Program-made: the position numbers and the translations under genes | Assembly: GCA_029260875.1 (NCBI GenBank) | Contig: JAJDCL010000011.1 | Coordinates: 1 to 60,400, forward strand | Source: Candidatus Saccharimonadota bacterium | GTDB lineage: Bacteria > Patescibacteriota > Saccharimonadia > Saccharimonadales > OFTM59 | DNA: 60,400 nt | Direction of reading: 5' to 3' | Notes under the pieces: model-generated | Database searches by the model: none | What the model was told of the DNA's origin: nothing | The model's input: only the letters and a program-made list of their open reading frames with translations | Part shown: positions 43,341 through 52,162 of the stretch, piece after piece | Layout of the letters: each line of letters opens with the position of its first letter | How positions within the stretch are numbered: the first letter of the stretch is position 1

Positions 43341-43832
43341 GTGATGGAAGACCTAACGCAAAAATGGGCAATTATTGCCCTAATGGAAAACGTGCAAGAT
43401 GGCGCGGAATTCTACTATACCGATTTTCCACTTCACATAACCCTTGCTGGAGTCTTCGCAATAAATAAGAAAGGTTTGTGGCTTGCAGAAAGGCTAACAA
43501 ATTTATTAATGGACCAGAAGACGTTTAAGATTCAGACGGGTAAAAAAGATATGTTTGGGCCAAATAAAGATGTGGCTGTCATGAAAATTATGAAATCTCC
43601 AGAACTATTGGGTATGTACAATAAAATCCACAGTTGGCTGCTAGAATCGGGAGCTATTTATAACGAGCCTCAATACCAAGGGTATGGTTATCTACCTCAT
43701 AGTACTTTTCAAAAGTCGGGTTTACTCAATGAAAACGAAGTACGACAAATAAAATCAGTTTCGATAATTGACTTGTTTCCAAACGGTGACGGTTATAAGC
43801 GCAAAGTATTTAAAACTATAGAGCTCAAATAA
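43341..43832 (+). CDS. 2H phosphoesterase superfamily protein (LigT / 2'-5' RNA ligase-like)
   Basis: Two H-x-T/S motifs at the expected spacing: FPLHITLAG and YLPHSTFQ. 163 aa. Confidence 0.6.
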   Translation: MMEDLTQKWAIIALMENVQDGAEFYYTDFPLHITLAGVFAINKKGLWLAERLTNLLMDQKTFKIQTGKKDMFGPNKDVAVMKIMKSPELLGMYNKIHSWLLESGAIYNEPQYQGYGYLPHSTFQKSGLLNENEVRQIKSVSIIDLFPNGDGYKRKVFKTIELK

Positions 43833-44027
43833 ACAGTTCTAACTTTGTTAATGATATTGTGCCATTATGTTTGTGTTTGCTTAGAAGTTAATTGATCAAG
43901 GTACAAGACTGGTCTAGAACCTCTGCAGTATGTTGCTACAGCCGGCAAACAAGGATCTCTATCGTTCACATATCTCTTAGGCTAAGCCCAAACAGGTTGG
44001 GCTTCCAGACTTTCGTGGTGTGGCGCT

Positions 44028-44201
44028 GAGAACTTCTGGGGTATTGCCAGAGTCCAGCTAGCGAAACTCATAGGACTCAAACAGGACCATTTCAATCTGC
44101 ACTTAAAGGAATGCGGTTTAGGTATGATGTATGTTATGAAGACATGTATCACAAATTACATAAAATCTTACGAAAGGACACATCGGGCCAGGCTCAACTA
44201 G
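44028..44201 (+). pseudogene. C-terminal remnant of an IS1595 (ISXO2-like) family transposase
   Basis: My own translation ENFWGIARVQLAKLIGLKQDHFNLHLKECGLGMMYV...* matches the family C-terminal pattern IE(N/G)FWS..K..L.K..G.....F.L(H/Y)LKE(C)EFR(F)N (from memory). No intact upstream ORF. Confidence 0.5.
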
Positions 44202-44545
44202 TCTTGAACCATTTTTCGTTTAAGCAATCTTAGCCCCAAGACTAAAGGCAGAGAATCTAGCAATACTGCCAATAACTTCTGGAGGGCAGTATTGTGGGCA
44301 AAGTTAGCGACAAATGGAAAGCCCGCAAGGTCATCACTGGCACCACAGCTAGAATTACCCGTGTTAACACGTTCAAGATAACTAATCGCACCAGAGTAGC
44401 AGCTCGTATCAAAATTCAGAGCCAACGAGTATCCCAGCCTCGGCATAGCCAGTTGTGCCACTGTGTATATGACAGAAAGGCTTATTAGTATGATTTTCAG
44501 TGAGCTTTTCGATTGTAAGCGTGTTGTTTTAAGATTATAATTCAT
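44198..44545 (-). CDS. small membrane protein (115 aa from MNYNLK...)
   Basis: Internal ATG chosen to avoid overlap with the upstream gene. Hydrophobic segments at both ends. Confidence 0.35.
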   Translation of the reverse strand: MNYNLKTTRLQSKSSLKIILISLSVIYTVAQLAMPRLGYSLALNFDTSCYSGAISYLERVNTGNSSCGASDDLAGFPFVANFAHNTALQKLLAVLLDSLPLVLGLRLLKRKMVQD

Positions 44546-44555
44546 GGTGCGACAC

Positions 44556-45839
44556 TTAATACCTTTGCATGGCATAAATATGCTGGTTATCGAAATGCCT
44601 ATTGTCAAGATAATTGACAGAACCTGCTACACTCACAACCAGATTATCCCCGACGCTTAATGGTTTGTGGTTCCTGCCAAAGGACTGCTGATTACTACGA
44701 CTATAGTCAAGCGTCCAAAGTGTGCCAGATGAACTTTTAATAACAATCGAGGAATTGGTTATGCTTGTAATTTTCCCTTGTGTATTACGAATGATAAGGT
44801 CTTTCGGAGCGCGAGATGAATCAAGCACTGCCCCACCAAATGGTATAACGTCTGGGTTGTTGTAGGGCTGCTTAGGTGACTTGGTGAATACATATAGACT
44901 TTCACCGTCAGTGGAGCCTTGCTTGTCTGAGTCACACAGATCAGCACCATTGTTTAGGCAGATATTCGTAGCACCACCCCAAGAAGGCTCAAAGATTGTT
45001 CTAGTCTCGTCCTTTTCACCTTTAGTGCCTTGGGCTGATTCCTGAATACTGGCAAGGTCATGTGATAGCCCGAATACAAAGTATTGTGTAATTGAAGATG
45101 GTTTGCTGAATGATCCAACGCGGTGCTCCAAGTATGCATCTTGGTACACAATAACCACATCGCCTATAGTTAACGCACTTGGGTCGGCAATTTCACCTTG
45201 TTTATAGAAGCTTACTCGCTCCTTGGGTATGTCGATATATTCAACAACCTGTCTACTAGGCTCTATTTTATCACCAACAATAAATTGTTTATAAATTCTT
45301 ACCGTTTGAGCATTTACACTTTCGATAGTACCTGTCCAAGGATATACATATTTCGTATTGTATGGGTCACTAACATGCTCAACACCATTTTTAGGAATTT
45401 GAAAAGCGTTGCTAGCCCGAAAGTGCAAGTCTGATACAGTATTTAGTTCGGCGTATGCCGTAATTGCTGCGTCGCTATAGTTGTGCTTAGATCCATACTG
45501 AAATTTCCGTCCTTCATATTCTACTTCTACAGTCTTGCCTCCATTTATAAGTTTGCGGATTAAGGCTACGGGGTTGGTGCCCGAAGCGTAGGCATAGCCA
45601 GTAAATGACAACGACATAGCCATAACAATTACTATACCGACTGCTAATGCTCGATGTACTTTAACGAATCTCATGAACAAGTTCTCCTTCTGGTTTACCT
45701 TCGTTGTACGAAGAACTTCGCCAAAAGTTTCACTAGTCTTTGCTTTTTTAATCGCATTTAGAGTACGTGTAACAAATTCCTTATTCCCACGACCATGTGG
45801 TTGGGAGTCGATAATTCGTGTTTCTATATTATCTTTCAT
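44556..45839 (-). CDS. putative anti-sigma factor / membrane-anchored extracytoplasmic protein
   Basis: The start ATG overlaps the sigma-factor stop (ATGA at 45836-45839). Single TM ALAVGIVIVMAMSLSFTGYAYA after a ~70-aa cytoplasmic segment. Confidence 0.5.
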   Translation of the reverse strand: MKDNIETRIIDSQPHGRGNKEFVTRTLNAIKKAKTSETFGEVLRTTKVNQKENLFMRFVKVHRALAVGIVIVMAMSLSFTGYAYASGTNPVALIRKLINGGKTVEVEYEGRKFQYGSKHNYSDAAITAYAELNTVSDLHFRASNAFQIPKNGVEHVSDPYNTKYVYPWTGTIESVNAQTVRIYKQFIVGDKIEPSRQVVEYIDIPKERVSFYKQGEIADPSALTIGDVVIVYQDAYLEHRVGSFSKPSSITQYFVFGLSHDLASIQESAQGTKGEKDETRTIFEPSWGGATNICLNNGADLCDSDKQGSTDGESLYVFTKSPKQPYNNPDVIPFGGAVLDSSRAPKDLIIRNTQGKITSITNSSIVIKSSSGTLWTLDYSRSNQQSFGRNHKPLSVGDNLVVSVAGSVNYLDNRHFDNQHIYAMQRY

Positions 45840-46354
45840 GACATCTTCTCCTTTAGTTGGAGTTTCGCTCTTCGAATCCAAGTTCGAGTGGTGTTTAGGG
45901 GCACGCCCTCTGCCTCGGCTATTTCTTGATAGCTCTTACCGTCCCAATAATATGCCTCAATTACTCGTTGGTACTCTGGGGGGACTAAGCTTTCCACCGC
46001 TCTCCTCATTTCTGCACGTTCCTCATCTTCCATATAAGTCGGCATAGTAGCTTCAGCTAAGCTTTCAACATCTTCTACGGTCATAGTACGTCTGTTTTTT
46101 CTAAGATGATCCAGTGCCAAGTTGGTAGCAATTTTGTACAGCCATGTAGAAAAACGTGATTTATCTGAATCGTATGTTTTAAGTTGCAAATAAGCCTTCA
46201 CAAAGGCTTCTTGTGCTATATCTTCAGCATCGTGACGGTCTTTAACAATTCGTTCACAATGAATGATAAGACCAACATGATACCGCTCAACTAGCTCAGC
46301 ATATCGATCAGCACCAGCAATAATTTCTTTTATAGTTTGTTCTTCATTTTTCAT
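45836..46354 (-). CDS. ECF-type sigma-70 family RNA polymerase sigma factor
   Basis: Region 2 DAEDIAQEAFVKAY...FSTWLYKIATN. Region 4 SYQEIAEAEGVPLNTTRTWIRRAKLQLKE. Confidence 0.85.
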   Translation of the reverse strand: MKNEEQTIKEIIAGADRYAELVERYHVGLIIHCERIVKDRHDAEDIAQEAFVKAYLQLKTYDSDKSRFSTWLYKIATNLALDHLRKNRRTMTVEDVESLAEATMPTYMEDEERAEMRRAVESLVPPEYQRVIEAYYWDGKSYQEIAEAEGVPLNTTRTWIRRAKLQLKEKMS

Positions 46355-46548
46355 ATCTACTATACGTATTAAACACTAAAAAGTTTCAATGGGCTAAAAC
46401 GAAGTGCAAGATCCTTAATTCGCTCCGGGATGCTGTGTTACCTAGTTCGGAAAATCCATCGCCCAGGAACTCTTAAGCGATTCCCGAAAATTTGCATAGA
46501 ATTCCAAAACACTTTTTAGGTAGCACATAAGGTAGGTGGAGCTAAAAA

Positions 46549-46989
46549 TTACAACTCTAGAGGTTCGTGGGGGAAACCGTATTTGAGCGCATAGTTAATG
46601 GCACTTTGTAGTTGCGGAGTACGAAACGGCAGCCGTGAAAATGCTCTAAGTTCAACCCAGAGTGGTGTATGGACGTTAATATCAATCTTGTTTAGAAAGG
46701 CTTCTTCGGAGGCGTCTTGTATAGACACAGAATCATGCGGAGCTGCTTGGCATAGAAAAATGTATTGGTCGTTATACGGTGGTTCATGTTGCTCGGTAAA
46801 CACCAGCTGCGCTGCGGTTATGTCTAGCCCCGTTTCTTCCTTAACCTCTCTTGCAAGACCTTGTTCAATAGTTTCATCATCCTTAACGCGTCCGCCTACC
46901 AAGGTGTAATATTGACTGCCTCGTTTGTTACGGTGCATCACCAATATCTTGCCGTTTTCAATAATAATCGCCCTAGCTGCTTTTGCCAT
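46549..46989 (-). CDS. NUDIX hydrolase
   Basis: Nudix box GGRVKDDETIEQGLAREVKEETGL. Confidence 0.8.
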   Translation of the reverse strand: MAKAARAIIIENGKILVMHRNKRGSQYYTLVGGRVKDDETIEQGLAREVKEETGLDITAAQLVFTEQHEPPYNDQYIFLCQAAPHDSVSIQDASEEAFLNKIDINVHTPLWVELRAFSRLPFRTPQLQSAINYALKYGFPHEPLEL

Positions 46990-47091
46990 TGGTTTTAGTA
47001 TAGCAAGTGATCTTGTATTTAATGGCTAATAAAATACTATACTCTCACCTCTTATGCTTGTGTAATGACCATTTATTGCGGAGAATATCTT

Positions 47092-48345
47092 ATGGAGAGA
47101 TCACTGGTAGTAGACGGTGGTGGACGCGAGCATGCACTAGGGTGGCGATTGCAGGGTGACGTTTCAGAGCTATACTTCGCGCCTGGAAATGCTGGAACCG
47201 AAACCATAGGCCAAAACGTAGATATTAGTCCAGTAGATGTACTACGGCTTGTAGATTTTGCCACCCAAAACAGTATAGATATGGTGGTAGTTGGTTCTGA
47301 GGATGCCTTGGCCAACGGACTGATTGATGAACTATACAAAAAAGGAATCCCTGCTTTTGGTCCAACCCAAAGGGCCGCAAGGATAGAGACGTCAAAAGAT
47401 TATGCAAAAACTGTGATGTCAGAGGCTGGGGTGCCGACAGCAGAATACAAAAGTTTTACTTAGTACCGTATGGCCCTTAGGTACTTAGCTAAGATTGCGC
47501 TTCCCTGCATAGTAAAAGCTGACGGACTCGCCCTTGGCAAGGGCGTATTTGTGTGCGACAGGCTTGCTGCCACAGAATCAGTTGTAAATGACCTTCTTGT
47601 TAAGAAAAGCTTGGGACGGGCTGGCCAAAAGATTATTATTGAATCATTCGTTGGTGGCCCGGAACTATCCCTGCACGCATTATGTGACGGCCAAAATTAC
47701 GTCATGCTTCCGGCCGTACGCGACTACAAAACACTTAATGGCAAGATGACAGGCGGCATGGGTGCTTTTGGGCCTATACCGGGTATTAGCGACAGTGAAC
47801 TTACGAGCTACGGCGAGAGGTTTGTTGCTCCAATATTGAAAGCATCTTCAGATAATGGTGCGCCGTTTCACGGTATTCTTTTCCCTGGGCTTAAGGGCTT
47901 TGTTGCAAATGAAAAAATGCTTGAAGCTAACGCACGCTGGGGCGACCCTGAAACTCAAGTGCACATGAGACGCCTAAAAGGCAGCCTACTAGATAGTTTA
48001 GTGGCTTGTATAGACGGCGATATTCGTACCGCTCCGCCCGAGTGGGATGATCAGTACGCTATTTGTGGTGTTATTGCTGCTGAAGGTTATCCGGATGCTC
48101 CTGTAAGGGGCGATGTAATTGAAGGTCTAGATGAAGCTAACGCCATTGACGGCGTAGTAGTTTTTCATGCTGGCACAAGACGGCAAGGCCAAAACATTGT
48201 CACTAACGGTGGGCGTGTACTGAGTGTTACGGTTACCGCAGATACTCTAGAGGCCGCACACACTAAATTATATGAGGCAATTGCACAGATAAATTTTAGA
48301 GGTATGCAGTTCAGGCGAGATATTGGGAAATTGACCGTTCGTTAA
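47092..48345 (+). pseudogene. purD: phosphoribosylamine--glycine ligase interrupted by one in-frame TAG (47461-47463)
   Basis: MERSLVVDGGGREHAL...AEYKSFT-TAG-YRMALRYLAKIALPCIVKADGLALGKGV... Both halves are in the same frame and together give a full-length PurD (~417 codons). Confidence 0.8.
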
Positions 48346-48360
48346 TGAGCATGGCCAAGC

Positions 48361-48945
48361 TCAATGGTCGGTTTTTTCTTGGGACTTCTTTTTAGATTTT
48401 TTGGGTGGAGGTAATGCTTTTGTGACTGGACCGTTTAGAACCACTGTCAATACTTCAATCAAGCTTCTGGCGTGCTCTTTACTCATACCTACTCGCGATA
48501 CTATGAGGGGGCGCCCTGTAGGGCCTGCTTCCTGCATGAAGTTAATGACCACGCCATATTGGTTAGCGGTAGTATGGACCATATCAGTGTATGAAATACG
48601 AGCTTCGCCTGGCATTGCTAGGACATTGTGCTGTCTAGCCCCCGCATCTTTGTTTGCTGTCTTACCGTACTCGGCTAATTCCCATAGTTTTGTAGCCTCG
48701 TCTTCTTTGGCACCAAAATGGCTAATAAGCAAAAGCAATATATCTTCGCTGGGGCGTTCAGCTCCTTGCTCAAAACTACCTAGAACCTCAATCTCAATCT
48801 CAACCGCGCCGGATACTTCAGCCAAAGTTTCTCGTCGTTTCTCCCTCATCACACGCAAGCATTTACCAAGATCCTCAAAGGGGTAATGTCGTGTGTTTTC
48901 CTCGCTCATTAATCCCATGGTACCCCGCATGATGCGAGCATGCAA
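48361..48945 (-). CDS. HTH (XRE-like) protein with a DUF3467-like C-terminal domain
   Basis: N-terminus LGKCLRVMREKRRETLAEVSGAVEIE. C-terminus ISYTDMVHTTANQYGVVINFMQ...IVSRVGMSKEHARSLIEVL. The true start is probably an internal Met (MGLMSEEN). Confidence 0.55.
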   Translation of the reverse strand: MHARIMRGTMGLMSEENTRHYPFEDLGKCLRVMREKRRETLAEVSGAVEIEIEVLGSFEQGAERPSEDILLLLISHFGAKEDEATKLWELAEYGKTANKDAGARQHNVLAMPGEARISYTDMVHTTANQYGVVINFMQEAGPTGRPLIVSRVGMSKEHARSLIEVLTVVLNGPVTKALPPPKKSKKKSQEKTDH

Positions 48946-48980
48946 GTAGAACCGAATCTTTGTTCTATACTATCTACATA

Positions 48981-50009
48981 ATGCAAATACAAGAAAACGT
49001 ACCCCTCAATAGTCATTCAGCCATGCGTTTAGGTGGAAATGCCAGATATCTTTCTAATATAAATGATCGTTTTGAGATTGCGCCACTTATTGCCTGGGCA
49101 GCTCAAAATAGGGTGCCTGTGATTATGGTCGGAGATGGCACCAATATTGTCTGGCGAGACGAGGGATTCCCCGGACTCGTACTAGTAAATAGAATTAAAC
49201 GCTTTGAGACGCTTAACGTAGATGACGACAACATGTACTTAACCGTAGGTGGTGGTGAACACTGGGATTCCGTGGTTGAGCGAACGGTGGATATGGGTTT
49301 TAGCGGGCTAGAAGAGCTTTCGCTAATCCCCGGCACCGCTGGTGCAACACCCGTACAAAACGTCGGCGCTTACGGTAAAGAAATAAAAGACGTCATGATG
49401 ACACTAGAAGCCTACGATATCATGCAGGGCAAGCTGGTCACCCTACCGGCCAGCGAGTGTGCTTTTGGGTATCGGACCAGCCGGTTTAAAACGACTGATC
49501 GCGGACGGTTTTTGATTACATCCGTGACGTTTCATTTAGCTCGTACCAATCCCGCACCGCCATTTTATGACTCACTTAGGCTGTACTTTGCCGATAAAGG
49601 CATCACTGCGTTCACCCCCAAGGTTGTGCGAGATGCGGTTATAGCTATCCGTTCGGCAAAATTACCTGACCCGAAAGTTGTGGCCAACAATGGATCATTT
49701 TTTTTCAATCCGTTTGTTTCATCAGAAAAGTTATCGCAATTATTAGAAGACTTTCCTACCCTAGCCTACTCGGTCACGTCTGACGATAAAATTAAGGTTT
49801 CAGCAGCTTGGTTAGTAGAACAAGCTGGGTTCAAAGACGCTCATGACACAGAAACCGGTATGGCCACCTGGGCCAAACAACCGCTCATTCTTGTGAACGA
49901 AGGTGCCAAATCTACGGCCGACTTATTAAAATTCAAGCAAAAAATTACGGATGCAGTCAAAGAAAAGTTCGGCATCACACTACAGCAAGAACCCGAGCTA
50001 TTACCCTAA
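48981..50009 (+). CDS. murB: UDP-N-acetylenolpyruvoylglucosamine reductase
   Basis: FAD-binding N-terminus (MRLGGNARY...VGDGTNIVW) and C-terminal SAAWLVEQAGFKD. ATG at 48981 chosen over the upstream TTG. Confidence 0.82.
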   Translation: MQIQENVPLNSHSAMRLGGNARYLSNINDRFEIAPLIAWAAQNRVPVIMVGDGTNIVWRDEGFPGLVLVNRIKRFETLNVDDDNMYLTVGGGEHWDSVVERTVDMGFSGLEELSLIPGTAGATPVQNVGAYGKEIKDVMMTLEAYDIMQGKLVTLPASECAFGYRTSRFKTTDRGRFLITSVTFHLARTNPAPPFYDSLRLYFADKGITAFTPKVVRDAVIAIRSAKLPDPKVVANNGSFFFNPFVSSEKLSQLLEDFPTLAYSVTSDDKIKVSAAWLVEQAGFKDAHDTETGMATWAKQPLILVNEGAKSTADLLKFKQKITDAVKEKFGITLQQEPELLP

Positions 50010-50129
50010 TTCACTAATTGTCACACCTTTTAATGCGCTTAAACATCTTTAACGCTGCAGTTAATATCACATCACTATCATAACCTTTAAGAATTGACTA
50101 ATTTATTGTTACGGATTTAAATATAAACA

Positions 50130-50744
50130 ATGACTCAGGAAGTTGATGGTGAATTACCGCCCGAACTGGCTGATTTAGAGCGGGTTGCTTGTTGCTATGA
50201 CCAGCTCGTAGCTGCACGCTCAGAACACCTGAATTGGCTTAAGAGGTTTGGGCAATTACCTACAAGTAACACTCTTAGTGGGCTTGAGGTCTCCGTTAAT
50301 AACCATCTACATACAATTCATCACTCGTTCTTGACTATTTTATCTACAGACCAGCCCGTTCGCGTGCAAGCAACTATGATCGTAGGTGTTATAGAACGAG
50401 ATACCTGCAGCCGGCAAGAAGGTTATTGTGCTATCTTGGGGACACCTCAAGAAGAAGTGATTACCGATCGAGGCAGAGAAGAATTTATACAGGGTGTTGA
50501 AGCTGCAATTGGCGAGGATGCTGAGAGTGCTAGACTGTTAATTGATTCTCTTATGGTAACTATCGCGACTAATATTACAGGTAATCTTGGGGGTGTTTTA
50601 GAAGAGCTTAGTAACACGCCTCGTGCTCGCTTGGTGAGAGTCGCGGGCACAGTTGGTCAAGCCACGCTCATATTGGCTAGCGCCGCAACCGCAATTGCAG
50701 GTGGGGTCTGCTTGTATGAAAGGTTAAGGGGCCGAAGTAGATAA
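50130..50744 (+). CDS. hypothetical protein with a C-terminal TM
   Basis: ORF track. C-terminal ATLILASAATAIAGGVCLY. No motif recognised. Confidence 0.45.
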   Translation: MTQEVDGELPPELADLERVACCYDQLVAARSEHLNWLKRFGQLPTSNTLSGLEVSVNNHLHTIHHSFLTILSTDQPVRVQATMIVGVIERDTCSRQEGYCAILGTPQEEVITDRGREEFIQGVEAAIGEDAESARLLIDSLMVTIATNITGNLGGVLEELSNTPRARLVRVAGTVGQATLILASAATAIAGGVCLYERLRGRSR

Positions 50745-50746
50745 GC

Positions 50747-52042
50747 CTATGCCAGTTCGTTAGGTAGCGGGAAGTCCAAGGCAAATGTTTTGACTTCGTT
50801 TCTTAATGAGTTCAGTTTTTTTTCATCATTTCTGCTTTGGATCGCTTGTAGGATCCAGCCCGCTATTAGATCCATGTCTGATTCTTTTAATCCCCTAGTT
50901 GTCATGGCTGGAGTACCCAGGCGTATGCCACTTGGTTTATACGGTGGCAGGGGGTCGTCTGGCGTAATTTGCTTATTCAGCGTTAGGCCGATTTTATCCA
51001 GAATCTCTTCGGCGTCTTTACCATCAATCCCGAACGATGCCATGACGTCTGCAACCATCATATGGTTATCTGTACCGTTGGTAACAAGTTTGAACCCGCG
51101 CTTCATTAATTGAGCAGCCAGGGCTTGGGAGTTCTTAAGTATCTGCCTAGTGTAAGTTTGGAACTCTGGCCGTAGTGCCTCCCCAAAGGCCACAGCCTTC
51201 GCAGCAATAGTGTGCATGTGCGGTCCGCCTTGAATGCCCGGGAAGACCGTACGGTCAATAAGCGTAGGCAAATTATCAACAGTTTTATCTACGGCTTTAA
51301 ACGGGTTAGAAACTTGGCCGTTGGAACAGATTAATGCACCGCGGGGGCCACGTAAAGTTTTGTGCGTGGTAGTGGTCATGACATGAAAACCGAAGTCCAG
51401 TGGGTTTGGCAACGCTTTTCCTGCTATAAGGCCGGCAATATGAGCCATATCTGCCATTAACACCGCACCAACTTCATCGCCGATCTCTGCAAACTTCTTG
51501 TAGTCGAGCTGTCTTGGATAAGACGAAAAGCCAGCAATAATTATTTTTGGCTTAGTTTTTTTGGCAACAACAAGCATTTCGTCATAGTCAATTTCACCTG
51601 TTTCAATATCCTTCATGCCGTAGCGTACAAAATTAAAGATCTTTGCCGGCATAGTGCCCGGACGACCATGAGTCAGGTGCCCACCATGGCTAAGTTCCAT
51701 CCCCATGATCGTATCTCCAGGTTCAGCCCATGCGTAATAAACAGCTTCGTTAGCAGGCGCTCCAGAATGTGATTGAACGTTCGCATGGTCTGACCCAAAC
51801 AATTGTTTAGCACGATCAATGGCAAGCTGTTCAATCTGGTCTGTGTTTTCTTGCCCCCCATAATACCTCTTTCCAGGAAAGCCCTCAGAATATTTATTTG
51901 TAAATATACTGCCCATGGCTGTCAGCACATCTCGGCTGACATAATTTTCTGAGGGAATCAGCTCAAGCCCCTCGCGCTGTCGCTTTTCTTCGGCTTTTAT
52001 TAAGTCCTCAATCAATTCGTCTTTCATGTCAGGTTCTCCCAA
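50747..52042 (-). CDS. glyA: serine hydroxymethyltransferase
   Basis: SHGGHLTHG and the PLP-Lys block TTTTHKTLRGPRG. The start is probably the Met at 52027 (MKDELIEDL). Confidence 0.92.
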   Translation of the reverse strand: MGEPDMKDELIEDLIKAEEKRQREGLELIPSENYVSRDVLTAMGSIFTNKYSEGFPGKRYYGGQENTDQIEQLAIDRAKQLFGSDHANVQSHSGAPANEAVYYAWAEPGDTIMGMELSHGGHLTHGRPGTMPAKIFNFVRYGMKDIETGEIDYDEMLVVAKKTKPKIIIAGFSSYPRQLDYKKFAEIGDEVGAVLMADMAHIAGLIAGKALPNPLDFGFHVMTTTTHKTLRGPRGALICSNGQVSNPFKAVDKTVDNLPTLIDRTVFPGIQGGPHMHTIAAKAVAFGEALRPEFQTYTRQILKNSQALAAQLMKRGFKLVTNGTDNHMMVADVMASFGIDGKDAEEILDKIGLTLNKQITPDDPLPPYKPSGIRLGTPAMTTRGLKESDMDLIAGWILQAIQSRNDEKKLNSLRNEVKTFALDFPLPNELA

Positions 52043-52162
52043 ATACTTATTTTAATCTCGTCTGAAAGAGTAAGTATTTGTTATATCATAGCCACATTTT
52101 AGCAGTTATAAGGTGTTAAGAAAATCTTGTTTTTTATATCGCAGGGAGTATAATTTTAGCTT

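Noticed and set aside
43279-46548. A displaced copy of the tRNA-Arg(UCG) 3' end marking the far end of the island
   Set aside because: Only trivial matches were seen (GTACCA at ~43286; TCGCTCCGGGATGCT at ~46420 with about 10/15 identity). No convincing att duplicate was found, so the right boundary remains undefined.
47461-47463. Stop-codon reassignment (TAG or TGA as sense), as in some CPR lineages
   Set aside because: TGA and TAG terminate many well-supported genes here at the expected lengths, for example the sigma factor (TGA) and the P-loop gene (TAG). purD is the only in-frame stop, so a pseudogene or a sequencing error is more parsimonious.
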